From a virus, in IMG/VR virus record IMGVR_UViG_3300033146_004128, positions 96,001 to 160,000 of that record: DNA of 64,000 nt; one strand, given 5' to 3'. The position numbers and the translations under genes were made by a program. Below are positions 32,936-40,765 of the stretch, in pieces. The first letter of the stretch is position 1. Each line of letters begins with the position of its first letter. The notes under the pieces were generated by a model. The model saw nothing but the letters and a program-made list of their open reading frames with translations, was not told the DNA's origin and did not search any database.

Positions 32936-33913
32936 ATGAAACCAGCAGTATCTACTACAGTGAGTTCAAGCCAGTTCGTTTCAAGACTATTCAGTGACCC
33001 TGAATTTGTTAAAGAAGCAGCAGAAGGTATCTCACTTTTTATCCAAGACAAAATTCGTGAAAAAGGGTTCGCTCGTAAGATCGTTGAGCCTACATACATT
33101 TCACCAAAAGACTTAGTGCCAACAGAGCACACTGATCAGCCGGCTATTATGGTTGAGAGAGATGTCGATGCACGTGCAATGACTGTACCTCTAAGAGGAC
33201 GTGGTGAGTTCAGATACCATGAGACAGATCGTTATACAGTATATTTCCAAAAAATTGTATCTGAGAAGATCAGAAAATCAAAAATGGAAATGATGACAGT
33301 TAAGACTGACTACAAGAAGTTGTTTAGAGATCGTATCTCAGAAGCAATGTATGAAGTTGAAGACTTGACAGTAATGGGCGGAGTAAACAAAGTTCTCGGA
33401 GACGAAGAAGTAGCGTTTAAGGCAGCAAATGGTGGAAACCTTTCTACTCAAGGTAACAAATCGTTCTCAGGTCAAACTGTGTACTTTAACAATGGTGAAA
33501 CTCTAGACAAGTCTAACCTTGTGTTCTTGTTCCAAATGCCAACTCGTAACCGTATCGCTAACAAAACTGTCCTCTTGACAGAGACTCTTATCCAAGAGCT
33601 TATGCATATGACTATGCAAGAAGTTGGTGATAGTGTTGTATCTAAGTTTTGGGAAGATGGTGTTGATAACATCTCTGACTTCTGGAACAAGAAGATCGTT
33701 ACTACGATTAAGTCGCACATTGTTAAAAACAACGAGATCTATACTTTTGCTCCGCAAGATATGTATGGACATTTCTTCATCCTACAGGACCACACGTCTT
33801 ATATGGAAGTTGATCGTGATATGATGACAATGGACAGTGAAGCGTATATCGCACATGCTATTGGTAACACTAAAGGTGTTTACAAAGGCGTATTCACAGA
33901 CATCGAAGCATAA
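32936..33913 (+). CDS. Major capsid protein (HK97-fold, 325 aa)
   Basis: Strong AAGGAG RBS; codon usage of a highly expressed gene (ATC/CGT/TTC/AAC); position after terL, scaffold and decoration genes. Segments REKGFARKIVEP...DQPAIMVERD and ISEAMYEVED fit MCPs of large phages. Confidence 0.8.
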   Translation: MKPAVSTTVSSSQFVSRLFSDPEFVKEAAEGISLFIQDKIREKGFARKIVEPTYISPKDLVPTEHTDQPAIMVERDVDARAMTVPLRGRGEFRYHETDRYTVYFQKIVSEKIRKSKMEMMTVKTDYKKLFRDRISEAMYEVEDLTVMGGVNKVLGDEEVAFKAANGGNLSTQGNKSFSGQTVYFNNGETLDKSNLVFLFQMPTRNRIANKTVLLTETLIQELMHMTMQEVGDSVVSKFWEDGVDNISDFWNKKIVTTIKSHIVKNNEIYTFAPQDMYGHFFILQDHTSYMEVDRDMMTMDSEAYIAHAIGNTKGVYKGVFTDIEA

Positions 33914-33924
33914 GGAGATCTGTT

Positions 33925-34389
33925 ATGAGAGTTGATATTTACCTAACAAACCTAACCAAGGAGAAGTTGTCGGTTGGAATGACCACACTTGAGCCTGGTG
34001 AGACGGAAAAGATTTTACAAAAAGACTTCGAGCGTAAAGCATCCTACATAGATCGCATGATCAAAGAAGGAAGATTGTCTTTCGGTAACTCTGGTAAGTC
34101 AGCTCCAGCAGATATACTTGTAGAGCCTACAGTCGAGGGAGCCAATACTGGCTCTCAAGATGAGGCAAAAAATGCTGGGGATGATACCAAAGAAGAGACA
34201 CAGACAAGTGAAGCAGATGCTTCTAAAGACGAAGCTACTCAAGAAGTTGCGAAAGAGGAAGCTGCGGAAACTGAGGCTGATTCTAAAGATGAGGAAACCT
34301 CAATAGAAGTTACTGATCAAGAAGCAAAAGAAGAGCCTAAGATAGTCGAAGAAGTTCCGGCGCCTAAGCGTTCACAAAAGAAAAAATAA
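33925..34389 (+). CDS. Hypothetical protein downstream of the MCP, with an acidic low-complexity tail
   Basis: AAGGAG RBS; about 55-aa folded-looking N-terminus, E/A/D/T/K-rich tail, basic end PKRSQKKK. Confidence 0.7.
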   Translation: MRVDIYLTNLTKEKLSVGMTTLEPGETEKILQKDFERKASYIDRMIKEGRLSFGNSGKSAPADILVEPTVEGANTGSQDEAKNAGDDTKEETQTSEADASKDEATQEVAKEEAAETEADSKDEETSIEVTDQEAKEEPKIVEEVPAPKRSQKKK

Positions 34390-34401
34390 TAAGGGGTTGA
34401 T

Positions 34402-34509
34402 ATGCTTGACGGAGTCTGCAGAGAAAAGATAGAGAAGATGATATTTGCTCACCTCCTCACAAAGTATCTTAAACAGTTGCTACGAGAAGGAGGACACCAT
34501 GTTGGTTGA
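34402..34509 (+). CDS. Small unannotated ORF (35 aa)
   Basis: AAGGGG RBS 5 nt before the ATG. MLDGVCREKIEKMIFAHLLTKYLKQLLREGGHHVG fills the gap and overlaps the next start. Confidence 0.4.
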   Translation: MLDGVCREKIEKMIFAHLLTKYLKQLLREGGHHVG

Positions 34510-35467
34510 TGCACTAAGCGATATAGATATGGCTGTTCTTAAGAGTAAGATAGAAGAGATAGATGGGGCAGCTCACAGACTTGAGAAAGTCGCATCTCTT
34601 CCGTTGGATGACAGAAATGATTTAACGAAGGAAGCGTTTGCTTGGCCTGAGGAAAAATTGTTTCCTATATACTCTCCTGCTCACGCTCTTGTTTCAAGCG
34701 TATACCTTGAAGGGAACGATGATGTTCCCGGATTTGTGAAAGAAGCGTGCGAAGAAGCATGTGCTTTGTTTGGTATGGACGTCCAGATAGGGGCACTTGA
34801 GAAAATAGCATCTACACCAGATGAGCTAGAGGCATCGGATTTCCTAATGCCGGCAGCAAGAAAATTGCCTGTTGTTGATAAGGATACATTCAGAATGTCT
34901 GCAAGCGTACTTGAGAAGGTAGCTTCAGACCTAACTGGTGATGATCTAATCATAGCCAATAGACAACTTGTGAAGAAAGCAAGAGACCTTGGAGAGGATG
35001 TTTCTGACGAAGCATTGTCACTAGGGTTATATGGAACGATTGATGCCATAGGGGCCAGAAGCACGCTTCATGAGCGTACTCTTATTACCGGTGATGAAAG
35101 ATATGAAAAAGTCGCATCAGACATTAGTGGAGACACAGTGTACTCCGTTGAGAAGGTAGCCTCTATAGTTATGGATGTTCTATCCTTAGATGAAGAGCAT
35201 GGGCTTGACAAAACAGCAAAAGAAGCAATTCTTGAGCTAGTTAACCCAGGAGAAGTTTCAGAAGTCTTTGAGATTGGAGCAGAGGAAATTCCTGTAGACA
35301 AAATAGCATCGATTGATGCTGAGGACTGGGTAGATGTACTGCCTAGGTCTATTGTCGAAGGGATGTTTAGTGATGGATATTTAGATACTAGTATCCTGAG
35401 AGAGATTACGGACAATGCTAGCCCCGAAGAGAAAGAGGCTATAGCAATGTTTGTTAATAAAATTTAA
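34499..35467 (+). CDS. Acidic head-associated (internal/scaffold-like) protein with many K-x-A motifs
   Basis: Start refined to ATG 34499 (AAGGAGG RBS). At least 10 hydrophobic-x-K-x-A motifs (LEKVAS x2, LEKIAS, YEKVAS, VEKVAS, VDKIAS, LTKEAF, FVKEAC, LVKKAR, LDKTAK). Confidence 0.65.
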   Translation: MLVDALSDIDMAVLKSKIEEIDGAAHRLEKVASLPLDDRNDLTKEAFAWPEEKLFPIYSPAHALVSSVYLEGNDDVPGFVKEACEEACALFGMDVQIGALEKIASTPDELEASDFLMPAARKLPVVDKDTFRMSASVLEKVASDLTGDDLIIANRQLVKKARDLGEDVSDEALSLGLYGTIDAIGARSTLHERTLITGDERYEKVASDISGDTVYSVEKVASIVMDVLSLDEEHGLDKTAKEAILELVNPGEVSEVFEIGAEEIPVDKIASIDAEDWVDVLPRSIVEGMFSDGYLDTSILREITDNASPEEKEAIAMFVNKI

Positions 35468-35479
35468 AAGGATCTTATT

Positions 35480-35737
35480 ATGGCAGTAATGCTTGATTAC
35501 AGAAAAGGAACTGAGCATAGTTTGTCACCATTTTTTGGGGCAGGAACAGCGAAGCCGATTGACTGGATACACAGAGAAGAAGGCGAGAAGACTACAGCCG
35601 CAGGTCTTGTAGATGGAGCCGACGGGATAGATAATGCTACCTCCGGGACCACTGCCGTACTTAGTGCGCAGATTTCAGGGATAGCTGGGTATACAAAATA
35701 CCAAGGTCAAATAACCATGGTCGAAATACCATTATAG
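35480..35737 (+). CDS. Small hypothetical protein (85 aa)
   Basis: AAAGGA RBS; operon packing. Confidence 0.65.
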   Translation: MAVMLDYRKGTEHSLSPFFGAGTAKPIDWIHREEGEKTTAAGLVDGADGIDNATSGTTAVLSAQISGIAGYTKYQGQITMVEIPL

Positions 35738-35753
35738 AGATAAGGAGAAAGAC

Positions 35754-36050
35754 ATGGCAACTATACCAACAAGTGCACCATCAGTTGATGAAACAGGACT
35801 GATAGGAGGAGCAGATATAACCATAAATAAGACTGTGCAGGCAGTAAACAAGAATGAGCCAATTTTTGGAGTTGGATCAGAGAAACTAGTGGGATATGTA
35901 GCACTAGAAATGTATGAGCAATATCAGGCAAGCGTAGTAGGTGGCGGCGGTGGCGGCAGCGGATACTCTCTTTTTGAAGGAGAGTCATATGCATCTGGAA
36001 AACCATATGTTGTAGCAGAGTCCGTATGGGCAATAGGAGAAGGTATCTAA
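35754..36050 (+). CDS. Small hypothetical protein with Gly linker (98 aa)
   Basis: AAGGAG RBS; GGGGGGSG linker. Confidence 0.65.
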   Translation: MATIPTSAPSVDETGLIGGADITINKTVQAVNKNEPIFGVGSEKLVGYVALEMYEQYQASVVGGGGGGSGYSLFEGESYASGKPYVVAESVWAIGEGI

Positions 36051-36679
36051 TGGATACCAGCGTTTATAGTCCTCTGGTGCAAGAGCATCAGGGAACAATA
36101 GACCATTTCCGTAGGCAGTACTCTTCGGAGATACCTCCTGCGGAACTAGACTTAAAGCTTTACAACTACTCAAAAGATGCAGAGAGAACTTTCGACAAGT
36201 CAAAAAATGCATCATTTAAAACTCATCTAAGCAATCATCTTACGAAACTAAAGAGAGACGTTCATCAGTCAGGATCGAATCTTAAAGTTAGTGAGGATGT
36301 TGGAATGTCCATAAATAAACTAAGGACATCTGGGGATGAATTTTACATGAGGCACGGAAGAGAGCCAACCACAAGTGAACTATCAAAGCATACAGGGATG
36401 GATCAGAAGTTTGTGTCTAAGTATAGCAAAATGGGATCCATCAAGACTGTAATGACTGACAAGTTTGAGACTGGTACGAACTATGCATCAATACAAGACC
36501 TTCTGCCTAATCTTTCCAAAAAAGAACAGAGGGTTGCTGACACGATAACAAACAGCATGTCAACCCCTGAAGCACTTAAGCATACAAAAATGTCTAATGG
36601 TGCATTCTACAAAGAGAGAAATAAGCTCAAAGACAGAATGAGAATGGCATACTTAAGAAGCAATACAAAGGAGATGTAG
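36050..36679 (+). CDS. Phage-encoded RNA polymerase sigma70-family factor (alternative, FliA/SigF-like layout)
   Basis: Start refined to ATG 36050 (TAATG, GAAGG RBS). Region 2 RTFDKSKNASFKTHL, region 3 HGREPTTSELSKHTGM, region 4 LPNLSKKEQRV...MSTPEALKHTKMSNGAFYKERNKL. Confidence 0.8.
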   Translation: MDTSVYSPLVQEHQGTIDHFRRQYSSEIPPAELDLKLYNYSKDAERTFDKSKNASFKTHLSNHLTKLKRDVHQSGSNLKVSEDVGMSINKLRTSGDEFYMRHGREPTTSELSKHTGMDQKFVSKYSKMGSIKTVMTDKFETGTNYASIQDLLPNLSKKEQRVADTITNSMSTPEALKHTKMSNGAFYKERNKLKDRMRMAYLRSNTKEM

Positions 36680-36680
36680 T

Positions 36681-37139
36681 ATGGTTGCAAACATAACCTC
36701 GATAGTTACACGTGACTTTGTTCCTTCTCCAATAGAGGGATACACTATAGAATCCATAAACGAATTGATGATCAATATAGCATACTCGATAAATGGAATT
36801 CTTGAAAAGATAAGAGATAGAGGATTCAATATGGAAGATATTTCACTTAAAAATATAGACAACATAACCCAGGTAACAGAAGTTCTTAACGAAAACATAA
36901 ATATGATCAATAAATATTTTAGTGATATGAATGAAACTTTCGCACAAAACTACATGCTTAACAAAGAGGTTCTTGAGACAATGAAGATAGATGTGGCAAA
37001 CACTGATGCAATGAGCACCATTGTTGTATTCGATGACAGGGTTGATGTAGAGCTGGACAATGGACAGATAGTATCAGTTAAGAAAAATGAGGTAACGTCT
37101 GTAAAGGGAAATGATACGCAGACAATAGCACATGCTTAA
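36681..37139 (+). CDS. Hypothetical protein (152 aa)
   Basis: AGGAG RBS; helical N-terminal part and short beta C-terminal part. Confidence 0.7.
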   Translation: MVANITSIVTRDFVPSPIEGYTIESINELMINIAYSINGILEKIRDRGFNMEDISLKNIDNITQVTEVLNENINMINKYFSDMNETFAQNYMLNKEVLETMKIDVANTDAMSTIVVFDDRVDVELDNGQIVSVKKNEVTSVKGNDTQTIAHA

Positions 37140-37911
37140 TATAAAGATAGTCACAAACACAGTATCATCTTTCAAGTTCACTATCTCAGAGAATGTGAGC
37201 TTTTCAAGTGCAGTCCTATGGCTTGGAGACAGCGGAGATGAGGCTAAGCTTGACGTATACAGTGCATCAACTGGAAAGTCTGAATCAAATATTATACGAG
37301 TTGATGTTGGCACCGGTGAAATAACAGTTGACCTAAACAAACTTCCTTTTGACTCTATATACTACAAAAACTTTCACATGCAGTTTCTTGATGGTAACGA
37401 CATAGAAGTAGATAAGACGAAGATATTTCAGATATCACCAGAGGGTAAAGAGTCATTGTATGGGATAGTAAACAAGCTTACGTTTGACTTTGTGCAGATG
37501 GCAAGCTTCTCTGGGACAAGAGTAAGAATATTCAATGCATCCTTGGTGCAAAACAAATGCCCTGAGTGTTGGGATGAAGAGCTTGAGCAGCCGATATCAT
37601 CAACATGCACATGCTCAGGAAGACAATATAACACTATTGATATATTATGCCGCAAGGTTAAGACTCAGAGTAAACAAGAATATGGGGATACTGGATCAAA
37701 AACACGAGAGAGTGTTATGTTCCAGACATACGCAAGAACAGACTTCGTAAAAGGTGTGCTGTTCGCAGACCTTGGCAATAAAGAAATATATGAGGTTCTA
37801 GACAGGACTGTGGCTAATATCGGAGGAGTAAGAACCTCTACGATGTTTGTTGGGTCAATGATAAAGCCAAATGACTCAAGAGTCCAAGGAATACTGGACT
37901 TACTTGATTAA
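37132..37911 (+). CDS. Probable neck/head-completion protein with Cys cluster
   Basis: ATGA-like overlap with the upstream gene; CPECWDEELEQPISSTCTCSG motif; position at the end of the head operon. Confidence 0.45.
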   Translation: MLNIKIVTNTVSSFKFTISENVSFSSAVLWLGDSGDEAKLDVYSASTGKSESNIIRVDVGTGEITVDLNKLPFDSIYYKNFHMQFLDGNDIEVDKTKIFQISPEGKESLYGIVNKLTFDFVQMASFSGTRVRIFNASLVQNKCPECWDEELEQPISSTCTCSGRQYNTIDILCRKVKTQSKQEYGDTGSKTRESVMFQTYARTDFVKGVLFADLGNKEIYEVLDRTVANIGGVRTSTMFVGSMIKPNDSRVQGILDLLD

Positions 37912-39741
37912 GTTCATCCTTATATTGGACACAAGATTGTAGAAGTTATCTTCATTTTCAAGATGCGTCTTGAGATGATCATGGTCTGAATATTGTGATG
38001 ATATCATGGTTAGGCAGTCCCTGAAGAATCTTGCATATAGTTTATCTGGGTGTGTCCCTTCTAGTCTTCTAGACATGACATACTTTGCCGGCCCAAAGCT
38101 TTCCTGGCTCATTACTATATCGGCATCCTCTTCGTGCTCAACAAATACAACCTTTTGCTTTATGTTTGGATGATAGTCTTCCCTGCCCTCATTTATAAAA
38201 GCAAACTCTCCATCCTTAAGTGTAAGAAGATCAGGGTCTTTTCCTACTGATGATATTGGGTTGAAGGCCCTTGAGCAAAAGTATCTTTTTGCATTCACTT
38301 TTCCAACTTTTGTTGTGTAGTAGACAGATACCCTATACTCTATGTCAAATAAGATTGCCAAAGCAAGACCATATGTACTTCTGAGAGCCGTATTTGCGTC
38401 TTTAAGGCTGTTAAATATGAATAGGTATGACTTAGCCCTATTGACTAGGTTTTTACCCTTATAGCTTGCCCTGTCAGCAATTATCCATTTCGTATTCTTG
38501 GATACAGTCTTTAGGTTCGTTGATTCGAACCTTATCTCTCTTTTTCCATACTTGAAAAACATTCTCACATTATCGAACTCGTAGCACATATCTGATACTG
38601 ACGACTCACTTGTTCCTACGTAGTCACGAATATATTCATGAACAACAGCTATCATGTCATCAATGGGCATGTGAGATACCATGTCACTTACTGTGTCTAT
38701 GGACTTTATCTTTTTAGCAAGCCTCCGTGCAGAAGCATTATCATTTGCACTTGCATACACATACTGTGCATTTCCGTATCTCTCAGATATTATCGTGCTG
38801 AACCCTTTTGATACGATAAAGAACATATCAAGTATTCCAAAAACAAACTTCTTGTCAGTGTCGCTTATCTTTGTGTCAAGGTTTGATCTTGAAGCTATCA
38901 TTGATGCTATATTTTCAGGGATAGGCTTCCCAAGTCTTGCGCATGCTGACACAACCTCTTTTATCGCTTCTGTTGCCTCCCTAGATGACATCCTATGAAT
39001 AACCTTGTCAACTAATGCTATAGGAGTCATCTTGTTTATCCTTAGCGGAGCAATAGTCAGAGTGGTAGGGTTCTTTATGATAGATGATGCTATTTTTATT
39101 TCATGAGTGACAGCAGACTTTACTTGTGTTATAACCCCGGCACTACACCATTCTATAAGACTAGGTATCATCTCTGAAGTGACCGTATTCTTTGTTTTTG
39201 TGTACGCTCTATGGTATGTGAATGTCTTTATTACTATCGCTGTATGATTAGTACTATCATGATTTATGAGTCGTGTGTTCTCAGGCTCAAATGCAAGAAG
39301 CTTCGCATCACTGGTGCTATTTATTACAAGGAAGCCTGTTTCCATGCCCTCTATGTTAAATACAGGCTTCACCCTATTCTTTTTGTTTATGTGAGCTGTT
39401 CCCCATGGCATCTTAACTTTTATTTTTGATGAAGCAACAAATACCCCGTCATCGTCAAACTCTCCAGTTTCATCATTGAAGTAGATATGCTTATCTGCTG
39501 TCCAGGTAAAGTTTCCGTAAGTTGGATCCGGCTCAGACCTATACAACATTGCGATGCAGTTAAGCGATCTATTAGCAGATAGTTCATCTTCGATATCAAA
39601 AGATTTATCAAGATATGATATAACTCTTTTGAACTCTTTAAATCTTGCTCCAGATGCAACAAAATAGTCATTATGCACATGTATGTCAACTCCAAGTGAT
39701 GAGTTTATTAAGTCAATATGCTTTGAAAAAGAATTGTTCAT
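37900..39741 (-). CDS. Hypothetical protein (613 aa)
   Basis: Long ORF with GAGGGG RBS; last gene of the minus-strand block; no motif recognised. Confidence 0.7.
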   Translation of the reverse strand: MNNSFSKHIDLINSSLGVDIHVHNDYFVASGARFKEFKRVISYLDKSFDIEDELSANRSLNCIAMLYRSEPDPTYGNFTWTADKHIYFNDETGEFDDDGVFVASSKIKVKMPWGTAHINKKNRVKPVFNIEGMETGFLVINSTSDAKLLAFEPENTRLINHDSTNHTAIVIKTFTYHRAYTKTKNTVTSEMIPSLIEWCSAGVITQVKSAVTHEIKIASSIIKNPTTLTIAPLRINKMTPIALVDKVIHRMSSREATEAIKEVVSACARLGKPIPENIASMIASRSNLDTKISDTDKKFVFGILDMFFIVSKGFSTIISERYGNAQYVYASANDNASARRLAKKIKSIDTVSDMVSHMPIDDMIAVVHEYIRDYVGTSESSVSDMCYEFDNVRMFFKYGKREIRFESTNLKTVSKNTKWIIADRASYKGKNLVNRAKSYLFIFNSLKDANTALRSTYGLALAILFDIEYRVSVYYTTKVGKVNAKRYFCSRAFNPISSVGKDPDLLTLKDGEFAFINEGREDYHPNIKQKVVFVEHEEDADIVMSQESFGPAKYVMSRRLEGTHPDKLYARFFRDCLTMISSQYSDHDHLKTHLENEDNFYNLVSNIRMNLIK

Positions 39742-39747
39742 GTGTAA

Positions 39748-39992
39748 TTATATCCCCTCCGACATCTCTCTAATGATGTCATCTATGTCAGTGGAGTCAC
39801 CTCCTCCTGCAGCCAATAGACTACCGTATACACCAAGCAATGATCCATTAATCTGCATCATCGTATTCTTTCTTGACTTGTATGACAATAGCCCCTCAAG
39901 AACGCTCCGCTCAAGTGCATCAGTTGGAGGCTCTATTATAGTGTCCAGCCTTTTATACGCCCAGAGTATTATTCCTCTGGACTCTGTGCTAA
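39748..39992 (-). CDS. -1 frame extension of the tail assembly chaperone (the T part of the G-T fusion)
   Basis: Open -1 frame entered at the slippery TTTTTTA. Its only upstream start is a TTG (40038) without an RBS. It ends 6 nt before the next gene. Confidence 0.7.
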
Positions 39993-39996
39993 AAAA
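39959..39996 (-). promoter_or_regulatory. Programmed -1 ribosomal frameshift signal
   Basis: In-frame T TTT TTA (39996-39990), 7-nt spacer GCACAGA, then stem GTCCAGAG/CTCTGGGC (8 bp, one G-U) with an 8-nt loop that contains the 0-frame TAA. Confidence 0.8.
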
Positions 39997-40751
39997 TCTA
40001 CAAGTCCTGGGTGAAGAAGGAGGTGTGCGATTCTCCAAAATGACTTAGTTGTATTTATGATAGCAGTGATCTTTACCTCACTAGTCTCTTTAAGCATGTC
40101 ATATCTGTCATTTGCACTCATCTCTGACATATCATCTCCATCAAGAGCTACTACTGCATATGAAAGGTTTCTAAGTTGCGTAAAGGTGTCGAACTCTTTT
40201 TGTGAAATAGGATCAAGCAACAGCCTCCTTACATACTCTGTATAGTCAACATAGTCATTCACAGTCTTGCTTCTCATTGTTACGCTTGATCCAAATGGAA
40301 GGTCAAAATCCTGTTCAAAATATCCCTTGCTTGAGAACACTCCTGCTGCAGCCTTAATCAGGTCGCTCTTATCTACTTCAAGATTCCCCATTGCTACTTC
40401 AAAAGGCTGGTCTGCTATCTCATGCATTATTTGATCCATGGCATCCTCTTCGCTGACGTTCTCATCCTTCAGCCTTTCAGACTCTTTCTCTATAAAACTT
40501 CGCTCATAGTCATCAACATCTTCTTCGTCATCTTCTTTTGGACCAGGAATGACTCCTGCGTTCTTGTTTTTCTCAAGAAAAGAACTCTCCTCGAAGTCTA
40601 TAGCCTCTGTGGAAATAGAGTCTTCTGACAAGCTTCCTCTTGCAACATTCCCCTTGTCAAGTTCCTGCAGCTTTTTCTCTGTGTCTTTATCTGTATCTGA
40701 CTTGCTTTGCTTTGGAGGGAGAACCTCTTCTTTTATTGTTTTCGTACTCAT
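39969..40751 (-). CDS. Tail assembly chaperone (gpG-like, 260 aa; predicted G-T fusion about 334 aa)
   Basis: AAAGGA RBS; acidic disordered N-half; DLPFGSSVTMRSKTVND TAC-like motif; -1 slippery site near the 3' end; close to the tape measure gene. Confidence 0.65.
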   Translation of the reverse strand: MSTKTIKEEVLPPKQSKSDTDKDTEKKLQELDKGNVARGSLSEDSISTEAIDFEESSFLEKNKNAGVIPGPKEDDEEDVDDYERSFIEKESERLKDENVSEEDAMDQIMHEIADQPFEVAMGNLEVDKSDLIKAAAGVFSSKGYFEQDFDLPFGSSVTMRSKTVNDYVDYTEYVRRLLLDPISQKEFDTFTQLRNLSYAVVALDGDDMSEMSANDRYDMLKETSEVKITAIINTTKSFWRIAHLLLHPGLVDFLAQSPEE

Positions 40752-40765
40752 CTTGCTTTCCTTTT

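Noticed and set aside
29783-37911. Portal, prohead protease, tail sheath and tail tube genes
   Set aside because: No ORF shows convincing motifs for these. They probably lie outside the window or are too divergent to call by eye.
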